A stretch of 64,000 bases of DNA from an uncultured delta proteobacterium (GCA_963808235.1 CAWEEQ010000004.1:3040001-3104000); one strand, 5' to 3'. Shown: positions 31,620 through 40,824, counted from the stretch's first letter. The notes: a model not told the origin generated them from the letters alone. A program made the numbers and translations.

Positions 31620-33428
31620 TTAGCGCGGCTTCAAACGGTAGAGCTCCACTTCGGGATAGTTCGCGATCGTTTTGGTGAAGTAACGATCGATCTCGGCGAA
31701 CTCCCCCTTAAGCACATTATCCCAATAGCGGGTCATCGGCTTCACTACCAGCACATACACCGGGCGTCCTTTCTGATCCTCTTCTGCGAGCTTGCGCGCT
31801 TCCGCCAAGTCGAATACGCCGCCGGGAAAAAGTATCGGCGGTATCGGTTCGGTCGATCCTTCGACCTTTTTGTTGTAGAGATAGTACAGATGGTACTGGG
31901 TTATCGGTTCCTCCGGGTCAGTAAGACTGTTGAGGCCGACAAATTCGGTTCGTTCTCCACCCGCAAAAAGCTCGATCCATTGTAGCGAAATATCGCTGAC
32001 CACCACTGCGTTCGTCAGCCGGGGCCGGATCGCGAGCACATCGGCGAGCAGCTTCGACTGCCGCGACGGCGCCGCAACCCAGCCAACCGTCTCGACCACA
32101 ATCGCGCCGGCAAGAAGCACGTCCAGGGCAATCACCGCAAATCCCGCCCATCCCCTCTGCGGCCCTCGATTCACGCTGACCAGCCCATAGCCCGCCGCGG
32201 CAAAAACGATAAACAACGCCGGCATCAGGTAGCGAGGATCCACATAGAAATAAAAGAAGTAAGTAAGTAACAGCGCGGCAAGAAAGCCGAGGCCCAAATA
32301 CACCGCACGCATCGTCCTTGCGTTGCGCTTGCCCCGGATCGCGAAGAACACGCCCAGCCCGGCGCAGACCGCGACCGGAAACGGGTAAAAAGCGTAGCGC
32401 GCGCGAATTAACGTTCGGAACTCCTCACCCAGAGTAAGCTGACCGAAGACGCCATCGAGACCAAGCATTGCGAGCGTATAAGAGACAAAATTTCCGTGCA
32501 GATAGGACGAATCCGGGGGCACGACGAAGTAGCTCAACTTAAAAGACGTAGAGACTGAGCTGTAGAATTCCGGCAACCAGAACACGTAACCGCTTGAGAG
32601 GATCGAACCGAGGTAGTGCAGATTTACCCAAGCCTGCAATCCTGGAAATGGAGCGAACCCGATCGCAAACGCCATCACTTGCGCGAACCGTAATCTGCGT
32701 GGCCGAACGAGTAGAGCCGCCGCCAGCATTCCGGCCAATATTGCGCCGTTGGTGACGTGGACTATGACGGCCAGGCCCGCCAGCAGTCCGCACAGCGTGG
32801 ATGCGACCAGGCTTTCTTTTTCCTCGGCATACAAAAATGCCAGTGCAGCAAGGACTACGACCGCAAGCGAAGGAACGTCACTCATCACGCAGGTGGAAAG
32901 TCCGAGAAAATATGGCGACGTAGCCAGCAGTAACCCGGCCAAAATCGCGCTTGGCCGGTCGAACGCCCATAGCGTCAAGAGATAAAGCCCGGCTATCGCG
33001 ACCAATGCCGTCAGTGCTGTAACCAGGCAAAGCCGTTCGGGCCTATGCCCCACAAGTGGATACGCCGCAGCTAGAATGAGCGGATAACCGATCGTATAGC
33101 GAGGCGGATAAGAATTTCCCCCGAAATGGAGCACCGGGCCTAGGCCGCTATCAAGGTCTACCGCAATCGCCGCGTATTCAATCGCGTCGGGCGTCGGGTA
33201 TAGTTCCTGTCCGTTGGCAAATCCCGTGCGCACGATCAGGAGCATCGCAAAACCGAGCAGGAGCGCGAGCAGCGCCGCGTCGATCCCCTTGAAGCGAAAG
33301 ATCGACGCTTCCCCCGCTTCTCTGCCCGGCCGAGCGGGCTCTGATGAATCAGAGTCCGAAGAGTGTCGCGGCCTTTCCCGGCTCGATCCACTTCGGGATC
33401 GCGCCTTGGCGCGTGAACTTCGCGACAT
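31620..33428 (-). CDS. ArnT/PMT_2-like GT-C membrane glycosyltransferase
   Basis: Multi-TM protein; PDAIEYA, GYPLILA, MSDVPS, PRYLMPA. Confidence 0.78.
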   Translation of the reverse strand: MSRSSRAKARSRSGSSRERPRHSSDSDSSEPARPGREAGEASIFRFKGIDAALLALLLGFAMLLIVRTGFANGQELYPTPDAIEYAAIAVDLDSGLGPVLHFGGNSYPPRYTIGYPLILAAAYPLVGHRPERLCLVTALTALVAIAGLYLLTLWAFDRPSAILAGLLLATSPYFLGLSTCVMSDVPSLAVVVLAALAFLYAEEKESLVASTLCGLLAGLAVIVHVTNGAILAGMLAAALLVRPRRLRFAQVMAFAIGFAPFPGLQAWVNLHYLGSILSSGYVFWLPEFYSSVSTSFKLSYFVVPPDSSYLHGNFVSYTLAMLGLDGVFGQLTLGEEFRTLIRARYAFYPFPVAVCAGLGVFFAIRGKRNARTMRAVYLGLGFLAALLLTYFFYFYVDPRYLMPALFIVFAAAGYGLVSVNRGPQRGWAGFAVIALDVLLAGAIVVETVGWVAAPSRQSKLLADVLAIRPRLTNAVVVSDISLQWIELFAGGERTEFVGLNSLTDPEEPITQYHLYYLYNKKVEGSTEPIPPILFPGGVFDLAEARKLAEEDQKGRPVYVLVVKPMTRYWDNVLKGEFAEIDRYFTKTIANYPEVELYRLKPR

Positions 33429-33609
33429 TCAGTGTGCTCCGTCGATCCCCTGCATTACTAACAAAAACAAACGACTCGGTAGTCCAGCTTTTCGGCGAAC
33501 GGTTCCTCTCAATAGACACCGCCACATCGAAAAACAACAACAGCGGCCTGTCCGCGCTGACTCAGAGCAACGACTTCAGCTTCGGTCGCATCTCGACTAG
33601 TTTACGAGA

Positions 33610-34026
33610 ATGCTAAAAGGATCCTGCGCTTGCGGGCGCATACGCTATCAGATCAATGGAGAGCTCCTCGGGCCAATCACCTATTGCCATTGCTGGCGAT
33701 GCCGAAAACACTCCGGGTCAAGCTTCGGGACAACTGCCGGGGTGAACGCCGGCGAATTCTCGTTCGTCTCCGGGAACGAGCTCTTATCGAGTTGGGAATC
33801 CAGCCCGGGTGTTCATAGATTTTTTGCGAGCTGCTGCGGCTCACCCATCTACAAGCGTGATGACGCTGCTCCTCAAGTGCTCGGGTTCCGGCTCGGAACG
33901 CTCGACTCCGACCCTTTGCGGAGCGCCGACGTGCATTTCATGGTCGGCTCGAAAGCGCCATGGGTGAAAATCAGCGACACTCTTCCGCAGGAACCGGGCG
34001 GCGTCCCGTTCGGTGAGCGCGACTAG
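33610..34026 (+). CDS. GFA (glutathione-dependent formaldehyde-activating/CENP-V) family protein
   Basis: GSCACG, CHCWRCRK, FASCCGSP (a variant of the FCxxCGS motif). Confidence 0.9.
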   Translation: MLKGSCACGRIRYQINGELLGPITYCHCWRCRKHSGSSFGTTAGVNAGEFSFVSGNELLSSWESSPGVHRFFASCCGSPIYKRDDAAPQVLGFRLGTLDSDPLRSADVHFMVGSKAPWVKISDTLPQEPGGVPFGERD

Positions 34027-34029
34027 CGA

Positions 34030-34452
34030 ATGGAAAGTGCAAAACGACAACGCGTCGGCTATGTCGCACTCGTCGTTCGCGACTACGATGAGGCGATCGA
34101 CTACTACACGAATGTGATCGGGTTCGAGGTCGTCGAGGATACCCCGCTCGGCGGCGAAAAGCGGTGGGTGCTCCTCGCGCCGCCCGGCTCCACAGAAACG
34201 CGCCTGCTCCTCGCCAAAGCATCAACGCCGGAGCAGATGTCGCGAATCGGCAATCAGACCGGCGGACGGGTTTTCCTTTTTCTTCACACCGATGATTTCC
34301 GGCGCGATTACCACGCGATGTTCACTCGCGGCGTCAAGTTTTGCGAGGCTCCGCGCGACGAATCGTACGGCACCGTCGCGGTGTTCGAAGATTTCTACGG
34401 CAATCGATGGGATCTGCTGCAGCTGCGACCGTCGTCAAAGGCATCGGTATAG
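34030..34452 (+). CDS. VOC/glyoxalase family protein
   Basis: ALVVRDYDEAIDYY, GNQTGGRVFLFL, EDFYGNRWDL. Confidence 0.92.
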   Translation: MESAKRQRVGYVALVVRDYDEAIDYYTNVIGFEVVEDTPLGGEKRWVLLAPPGSTETRLLLAKASTPEQMSRIGNQTGGRVFLFLHTDDFRRDYHAMFTRGVKFCEAPRDESYGTVAVFEDFYGNRWDLLQLRPSSKASV

Positions 34453-34669
34453 CGCATCGATCAGCGCCGCGGCGCGCACATCGACCAGATTGCCTGGGAG
34501 CATCTGATTCATGGCGTATCCGAAGCCAACAGAAGCATCGCTATGATCGCAGGATGGCACACCGGCGCGCCTCGCTTGCCACGGCCATGCTCACACGCGG
34601 ATAATAAGTCGTAAGGGGCACGGTTGGCCCATCCAGAAGCGAGGTAGTGGTCTAAGCAAAAAATCGAAA

Positions 34670-34830
34670 TAAACGAGAGTAGCGCCAGAACTCATAATCC
34701 TATGAGTTGACGAGGTGGAAGCAGTATCGAAGATAATCGGCGGATGGCTTCCCGGCTCCACGGTCGATAGAGGCGAACAAACCGCGCGGGTGACCGCGCG
34801 ACAAATTCGAGTCCTCACGTGGCTGAGCAT
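34670..34830 (+). ncRNA. glmS ribozyme (GlcN6P-activated self-cleaving riboswitch)
   Basis: Conserved core AGCGCCAGAACT at 34681; P1 AACTCATA/TATGAGTT; GACGAGG at 34709; TATCGA...TCGGCGGATG..TCCCGG; P4 CGCGCGG-GTGA-CCGCGCG-ACAAA; upstream of glmS. Confidence 0.93.
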
Positions 34831-34986
34831 AAGGCTCTGATCAAGGTTTCCCTAAACTCTCCCGCTTTGACCATTTCGTCCACTCTCTGTGGTGGCTCAC
34901 GATCGCTCCCCCGAAGCGAGCACGAATGTTTAACGTTTTCGTGCTCATGCGGACAACTCCGTAACGGTTCGGAATAGGAGTGATTC

Positions 34987-36819
34987 ATGTGCGGAATAAT
35001 CGGATACGTTGGGCCGAGCGAGGCATACCCGATCCTGCTCGACGGACTTGGCCGCCTCGAGTATCGCGGCTACGACTCCGCCGGCGTCGCCACAATTGTC
35101 GATAGCGGCAAGCTCGAAGTTCGCCGAGCCAAGGGTAAGCTGCAGAACCTCCGGCTCCTGCTCGCGGACTCGCCGCTCGAGGGCCATATCGGGATGGGGC
35201 ACACACGATGGGCGACGCACGGCCGTCCCTCGGAGGAGAATGCGCATCCGCATCGCGCCGGCCCGGTCGCGGTCATCCACAATGGAATCGTCGAGAACTT
35301 TATCGAGCTGCGCACCGAGCTGCTCGCGCGCGGCCACAAGCTCCGCTCCGAGACCGACACCGAGTTGATCTCGCATCTGATCGAGGAAAAACTGAAAACG
35401 GGCCGCGGCTTGACCGAGGCAGTCCGCGAAGCGGTGATGCGTATCCGCGGTTCGTTCTCGATCGTGGTGCTGTCCGAGACCGAGCCCGACAAGCTGGTCG
35501 CCGCGAAGACCGCGACACCGCTGGTGCTGGGACTTGGCGAGGGCGAGAATTTTATCGCGTCGGACATTCCTGCGATCCTCCAACACACGCGCCGCGCGAT
35601 GGTTCTTGAAGACGGCGAACTCGCCGAAGTCACTGCGATCGGAATCCGCCTGATGAAATTCGACGGCACCGCGGTGACTCGCATTCCGCGCCAGATCGAA
35701 TGGGACGCAGCCGCGGCGACCAGGGGCGGCTTCCGCCACTACCTGCGCAAGGAAATCAACGATCAGCCGCAGGCGTGGATCGACACGATGGCGGGACGTG
35801 CTGCCGCGGGTTCATCGACAGTCCACTTCGAAAGCGACCTTCTCCCCGCAGGCGGTCCGTCGTCGATCGGGAGAATCGTGATCGTGGGCGCAGGAGCGTC
35901 GTGGATCACCGCGCAGATCGGCAAGTTCATGATCGAGGAGCTGGCCGGGATCCCGGTCGAAGTCGATTACGCATCGGAGTTCCGCTATCGGCGTCCGCCG
36001 ATCGACGAGCGGACGATGATCATCGCGGTGTCGCAGTCGGGTGAGACCGCGGACACGCTCGCCGCAATGGAAGAAGGCGGCGGGCGCGGCGCGCATCTGC
36101 TGGCGATCACAAATACGGTGGACTCATCGATCGCGCGCAAGGCCAACGCGCAGCTTTACACGCGATGCGGTCCCGAGACGAGCGTCACCACCACCAAGTG
36201 CTTTCTGACTCAGCTGGAGTCGTACTATCTGTTCGCGATTCATCTGGCGGCGCGGATGGGTCGTCTGTCAAATTCCGAGGCGGAGAAACTCCTCCAGCCC
36301 GCGTTCGCCATTCCCGCCGAGCTCAAAACGATCTTTGCGAACGAGCCGGCGATCGCGCAGATCGCACGCAAGTACGCTTCGGCGAGCGACTTCCTGTTCC
36401 TCGGGCGCGGAATAAATTATCCGGTCGCGCTCGAAGGAGCGTTGAAGCTGAAAGAAATTTCCTACATCCACGCCGAAGGCTATTCGGCCGGCGAGATGAA
36501 GCACGGGCCGATCGCGCTGATCGACGAGAAGATGCCGGTGGTCGTGATAATTCCCAACGACAACCTGTTCGAGAAATCGATGTCGAATCTAAAAGAAGTC
36601 GAATCGCGCAACGGGCGGATTATTGCTGTGACGAATCACGCGACCGATGAGTTGAAGCGGGTCGCCGCCGATGTGATCGAGGTGCCCGAGACAAACCGGA
36701 TGCTCACGCCGGTGCTGATGACCGTGCCGCTGCAATTGCTCGCGTACCATATCGCGGCCGAGCGTGGCACCGACGTTGATCAGCCGCGCAATCTCGCGAA
36801 GTCGGTCACAGTGGAATAG
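34987..36819 (+). CDS. glmS: Glutamine--fructose-6-phosphate aminotransferase
   Basis: MCGIIG, EYRGYDSAG, GHTRWATHG, SQSGETADT, QPRNLAKSVTVE. Confidence 0.98.
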   Translation: MCGIIGYVGPSEAYPILLDGLGRLEYRGYDSAGVATIVDSGKLEVRRAKGKLQNLRLLLADSPLEGHIGMGHTRWATHGRPSEENAHPHRAGPVAVIHNGIVENFIELRTELLARGHKLRSETDTELISHLIEEKLKTGRGLTEAVREAVMRIRGSFSIVVLSETEPDKLVAAKTATPLVLGLGEGENFIASDIPAILQHTRRAMVLEDGELAEVTAIGIRLMKFDGTAVTRIPRQIEWDAAAATRGGFRHYLRKEINDQPQAWIDTMAGRAAAGSSTVHFESDLLPAGGPSSIGRIVIVGAGASWITAQIGKFMIEELAGIPVEVDYASEFRYRRPPIDERTMIIAVSQSGETADTLAAMEEGGGRGAHLLAITNTVDSSIARKANAQLYTRCGPETSVTTTKCFLTQLESYYLFAIHLAARMGRLSNSEAEKLLQPAFAIPAELKTIFANEPAIAQIARKYASASDFLFLGRGINYPVALEGALKLKEISYIHAEGYSAGEMKHGPIALIDEKMPVVVIIPNDNLFEKSMSNLKEVESRNGRIIAVTNHATDELKRVAADVIEVPETNRMLTPVLMTVPLQLLAYHIAAERGTDVDQPRNLAKSVTVE

Positions 36820-36845
36820 TGGATTAGCGAACGGCAGAAAAGTTG

Positions 36846-36895
36846 TCGGCGCAGAGTGACTCGTTGGACCTGCGAGGCACATCTGCGCCGACTTT
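36846..36895 (+). terminator. Long hairpin after glmS (probable terminator)
   Basis: GTCGGCGCAGA (36846-56) pairs with TCTGCGCCGAC (36882-92), with additional inner pairing, followed by TTT. Confidence 0.6.
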
Positions 36896-37010
36896 GGACA
36901 CGGGACCTTATTTAAAGACCGCGTCTAATTCACGCGATACGTCGCGACCATAGTCCATGGCGTGCCAAATGTCCATGACGATTCGCGCGCCCTGTGGATA
37001 ACGCTATAAC

Positions 37011-37043
37011 GCCCTGACCTATTCGCTGCCCTGACCTATCCGC
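37011..37043. repeat. Tandem direct repeat GCCCTGACCTAT(T/C)CGC, two copies
   Basis: 16-bp units at 37011 and 37028 with one mismatch. Confidence 0.7.
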
Positions 37044-37056
37044 CAGATCAGCCGGC

Positions 37057-37118
37057 TTGACATATTCTGGCGCCCGTTGTATTTAACCAACAGGTTATTT
37101 AACTGAATGGTTCAGTAG
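37057..37118 (+). promoter_or_regulatory. Sigma70 promoter overlapped by tandem ArsR-type operators
   Basis: TTGACA (37057) - 17 nt - TATTTA (37080); palindromes TAACC-AACA-GGTTA and ACTGAA-TGG-TTCAGT directly upstream of arsR. Confidence 0.7.
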
Positions 37119-37123
37119 TTTCC

Positions 37124-37471
37124 ATGGCGCCTGATCTCAACATCACCTTCGCCGCGCTGGCCGATCCCACTCGGCGAGCGATCCTTGCGCGGCTGGCCTC
37201 AGGTGAGGCCTCGGTGACCGAACTGGCCGAGCCGTTCGAGATGAGCCTGCCCGCCGTCTCCAAGCATCTGAAGGTGCTCGAGCGCGCCGGGCTCATCGCG
37301 CGCGGTCGCGATGCGCAGTGGCGACCGTGCCGGCTCGCCGCAGGTCCGCTCAGGGATGCTGCGGACTGGCTGGAACACTATCGCCGTTTCTGGGACGAGA
37401 GCTTCGACCGGCTGGAGAGCTATCTGCGCGAGTTGCAGGACAAGGAGAAGAACAATGGCGGCAAGAAATAG
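37124..37471 (+). CDS. ArsR/SmtB family transcriptional regulator
   Basis: FAALADPTRRAIL, PAVSKHLKVLERAGLI. Confidence 0.93.
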   Translation: MAPDLNITFAALADPTRRAILARLASGEASVTELAEPFEMSLPAVSKHLKVLERAGLIARGRDAQWRPCRLAAGPLRDAADWLEHYRRFWDESFDRLESYLRELQDKEKNNGGKK

Positions 37472-37913
37472 CGCCGGCACCGAGTCGGCCCCGCGCGAAC
37501 TGGTCATCACGCGAATCTTCGATGCGCCGCGCGAGCTCGTATTCAAAGCGTGGACCGAGCCCAAACACCTGATGCGATGGTTCTCGCCCAAGGGCTTCAC
37601 GGTGCCGGTCTGCGAGATGGATTTCCGCGTGGGCGGGAGTTATCGGTTGTGCATGCGGTCATCCGAAGGCCGCGAGCATTGGGTGCACGGCGTTTATCGC
37701 GAAATCGTCGCGCCTGAGCGAATCGTATGGACCGGCATTTTGGAAGCCGAAGGCAACGAGACCGTGGCGACGATTACGTTTGCCGATCATCAAGGGAAGA
37801 CGCTGCTGACGGTGCATCAGACATACTCGTTCGAATCGGATTCAACACGCGGCGCGCAGCAGGGATGGACCGAAACCCTAGAGCGGCTTGCCGAATACGT
37901 GGCGAGCATTTGA
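37455..37913 (+). CDS. SRPBCC/AHSA1 domain protein
   Basis: RIFDAPRELVFKAWT, DFRVGG, GWTETLERL. Confidence 0.92.
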   Translation: MAARNSAGTESAPRELVITRIFDAPRELVFKAWTEPKHLMRWFSPKGFTVPVCEMDFRVGGSYRLCMRSSEGREHWVHGVYREIVAPERIVWTGILEAEGNETVATITFADHQGKTLLTVHQTYSFESDSTRGAQQGWTETLERLAEYVASI

Positions 37914-38039
37914 CGCGAGGAACCCATGGCAGGGGAAAGAAAGGTTTCAATCGAGAGTTCCGCGAGCCGGGAGATAATTCCGAGTTTTGAGAACACGAAC
38001 GAAAATCTCTGAAAGGTAAATCAGGCGAAGGAGTGAATC

Positions 38040-38450
38040 ATGCAATTGAATCCTTATCTAACGTTCAACGGCCAGTGCGCGGCGGCGTTCAAGTTCTACG
38101 AGGAGTGCCTGGGCGGCAAGATCGAAATGATGATGACCCATGCGGAGGCGCCGATAGCAGACCAGGTTCCGGCCGGATGGCGCGACAAGATCATGCACGC
38201 GCGGCTGACCGTCGGCGACAAGACCTTGATGGGTTCAGACGCTCCGCCCGATCGTTACGAGGCCGCAAAAGGCTTCTCCGTGTCGCTCAGCGTTGACACG
38301 CCGGCGGACGCGGAACGGATCTTCAAATCGTTGTCATCGAAGGGAACGGTGCAGATGCCAATCCAGCAGACTTTCTGGGCTGTGCGTTTTGGCATGCTGG
38401 TCGATCAATTTGGAATTCCCTGGATGGTCAACTGCGAGCAGGCTGCCTGA
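38040..38450 (+). CDS. VOC family PhnB-like protein
   Basis: LNPYLTFNGQC, IMHARL, FGMLVDQFGIPWMVN. Confidence 0.92.
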   Translation: MQLNPYLTFNGQCAAAFKFYEECLGGKIEMMMTHAEAPIADQVPAGWRDKIMHARLTVGDKTLMGSDAPPDRYEAAKGFSVSLSVDTPADAERIFKSLSSKGTVQMPIQQTFWAVRFGMLVDQFGIPWMVNCEQAA

Positions 38451-38470
38451 GCATCAGGCGTGGAGTGAGT

Positions 38471-39595
38471 ATGGAAAGGGCCGAGCAAATCACCCCGCAA
38501 AGCGGCGATGTCATCGTGATCGTCGGGACGGTCAAGGGCGCTTTCATTTTTCGCAGCGATCGCAAGCGCAGCCAGTTCCGCATCGCCGGACCCTACTTCA
38601 AAGGCCAGGCCGTTTATTCGGCGGCATATCTTACCGACAGGAAAGCGCCACGCATCCTGGTCGGAAACTTGAGTACCCATTGGGGCGCGCTAGTGAGTTG
38701 GTCGGATGACTTCGGCGCGAGCTGGAACGAGCCCGCCGACGGCAACGTGAAATTCCCAGCCGGCAGCGGACTCTCGCTGAACGCGGTGTGGGCGCTCGAA
38801 GCTGCGCCGCTCGTTGGTTCCGACGTGGTGTTCGCGGGCGCCGATCCCGCCGTGCTGTTTCGCTCCGACGATCGCGGCGAGACGTTTCATCCGGTCGAGT
38901 CGCTGCTCAATCATCCTGAGCGTCCGTACTGGCTGCCGGGATTCGGCGGGCTTTGTCTGCATACGATCCTGCCCGATCCTCGCGACGCAAAGCGCATCAT
39001 TGTCGGTATCTCGTCGGCTGGTGTTTATCGCAGCGACGATGGTGGAGAGTCGTGGACCCGCCGGAACAAAGGCGTGCGGATGGAGGGCGGGCCGCCGCAC
39101 GCGCCGCATTTTGGTCCTCAGTGCGCACACAAGCTGGGCCACGATGCGAAAAATCCGGCGCGCATATATTTGCAGAATCATCCCGGCGTTTACCGCAGCG
39201 ATGACGGCGGCGATACGTGGATCGATATCGCCAAGGGACTACCGTCGGAGTTTGGTTTTCCGATGGTCGCGCATCCGAGCCGTGGCGATACCGCGTACCT
39301 GATTCCGCTCGAGTCCGACAACTTTCGAGTGCCTATCGAGGGCGCTACCAAAGTCTGGCGCACTCGCGACGCGGGCGAGTCATGGGAGCCGCTCGGCAAC
39401 GGGCTCCCGCAGCGAGACAGTTACTTCTCGGTGCTTCGCGATGCGTTCACATCGGACAGCCTCGATCCTGCGGGACTTTATTTCGGGACGCGCGGAGGCC
39501 ATCTGTTCGCGTCCGCTGACGAAGGCGAGAGCTGGCGATCGATCGCGGATTGGCTGCCCGCGGTGCTATGCGTGAAAGCTGCGTTGGTCGCCTGA
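38471..39595 (+). CDS. BNR/Asp-box repeat beta-propeller (sialidase-like) protein
   Basis: Repeated SDDxGxSW boxes (SDDFGASW, SDDRGETF, SDDGGESW, SDDGGDTW, TRDAGESW, SADEGESW); no signal peptide. Confidence 0.9.
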   Translation: MERAEQITPQSGDVIVIVGTVKGAFIFRSDRKRSQFRIAGPYFKGQAVYSAAYLTDRKAPRILVGNLSTHWGALVSWSDDFGASWNEPADGNVKFPAGSGLSLNAVWALEAAPLVGSDVVFAGADPAVLFRSDDRGETFHPVESLLNHPERPYWLPGFGGLCLHTILPDPRDAKRIIVGISSAGVYRSDDGGESWTRRNKGVRMEGGPPHAPHFGPQCAHKLGHDAKNPARIYLQNHPGVYRSDDGGDTWIDIAKGLPSEFGFPMVAHPSRGDTAYLIPLESDNFRVPIEGATKVWRTRDAGESWEPLGNGLPQRDSYFSVLRDAFTSDSLDPAGLYFGTRGGHLFASADEGESWRSIADWLPAVLCVKAALVA

Positions 39596-39603
39596 GTGCC
39601 ACG

Positions 39604-39888
39604 ATGCGTTTTCATCTGCCATCTGCTCTGCGTCGATGGGCCGCCGACAATGAAGTCGTCGAGATGCGGCTGCCGCTCGACCTGCGAATGACCGTTGGCG
39701 AAGCGTTCGTGATGTTGGGCCGCGACTATCCGGGTATCCGGCAGCGAGTGCTCGACGATCAGAACAACATCCGCGCCCACGTCAACGTATTCGTCAACTG
39801 CGAGAACGTGCGCTTTACGCAAGGCGGCGCAACCCAGGTCACGAACGATTCCGAAGTGTGGATTTACCCCGCGCTCTCGGGTGGATGA
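39604..39888 (+). CDS. MoaD/ThiS-family ubiquitin-like protein
   Basis: HLPSALR, HVNVFVN, C-terminal PALSGG. Confidence 0.9.
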   Translation: MRFHLPSALRRWAADNEVVEMRLPLDLRMTVGEAFVMLGRDYPGIRQRVLDDQNNIRAHVNVFVNCENVRFTQGGATQVTNDSEVWIYPALSGG

Positions 39889-39943
39889 GAGTGCGTTTAT
39901 TTCGAGATTTCACGAAATGACGCCAGCTTGAAGGAGAAACAAG

Positions 39944-40414
39944 ATGAGCGAAGCAAATACTGCCGCTACAGAAATGGCCGAGCGGGAACTTGTTATCGAG
40001 CGGATCTTCGATGCGCCGCGAAGCCTCGTCTTCAAAGCGTGGACCGACCCCGATCATATGGTCCATTGGTTCGGCCCGCGCGGCTTCAAGAGCACGGTAC
40101 TCAAAAGCGAGTTGCGCCCGGGCGGCGCGTATCGAATCCATATGCTCGGTCCGGACGGCGATCATTGGAACCAGGGAGTTTTTCGCGAGATCAAGGAGCC
40201 GGAGCGACTCGTGATGGCCGGCGGCTGGGCCGATGCAGATGGAAATTTCACTCGTCCGCAAACGACTATGACGCTGACCTTCGAGGACCACGGCGGCAAG
40301 ACCAAGCTGACCCTGCGCCAGTCGATCTTCGAATCGGTCACAGCGCGCGACGAGCATCGCGGCGGATGGACCAGCAGTCTCGATCGTCTGGCCGAGTACC
40401 TGGCGGCTGCGTGA
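39944..40414 (+). CDS. SRPBCC/AHSA1 domain protein
   Basis: RIFDAPRSLVFKAWTDP, GWTSSLDRL. Confidence 0.92.
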   Translation: MSEANTAATEMAERELVIERIFDAPRSLVFKAWTDPDHMVHWFGPRGFKSTVLKSELRPGGAYRIHMLGPDGDHWNQGVFREIKEPERLVMAGGWADADGNFTRPQTTMTLTFEDHGGKTKLTLRQSIFESVTARDEHRGGWTSSLDRLAEYLAAA

Positions 40415-40454
40415 GTTTGGCGGCGCAGAACTCCGCCGAAAGGAGGTCCCAGAC

Positions 40455-40824
40455 ATGGAACAGCGCAGCAATGTATCGGATCTGGTTCGCAGGTGTTACG
40501 CCGCCTACGAATCGAAAGATCGGAAAGCAATCGAAGGGTTATTGAGCGATGACTTCACCTTCACCAGCCCGCTCGACGATCACATCGATAGAACAACTTA
40601 TTTCAAGCGGTGCTGGCCGAACAGCGAGAACATCCGGGCATTTCAGATCGAGAAGCTCTTCGAGAAAGGCAACGAGGCTTTCGTTCGTTATGAAGGGACC
40701 CGAAACGACGGCGGCAAATGGCGCTGCACGGAGTTCTTCAGGATCGAAGGCGACAAGATCCGAAGAGGTCGAGGTCTACTTCGCGTCGCTGGTCACGCCT
40801 GAAAATCTCGAGGGAAGGCAATGA
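40455..40824 (+). CDS. SnoaL/NTF2-like protein (C-terminal frameshift)
   Basis: LSDDFTFTSP, YFKRCWP, EFFRIEGDKI / EVEVYF. Confidence 0.85.

Noticed and set aside
36993-37001. DnaA box as an oriC marker
   Set aside because: A single box with no cluster, DUE, or dnaA/gidA nearby.
37011-37043. CRISPR-like repeat
   Set aside because: Only two nearly abutting 16-bp units, no spacers and no cas genes.
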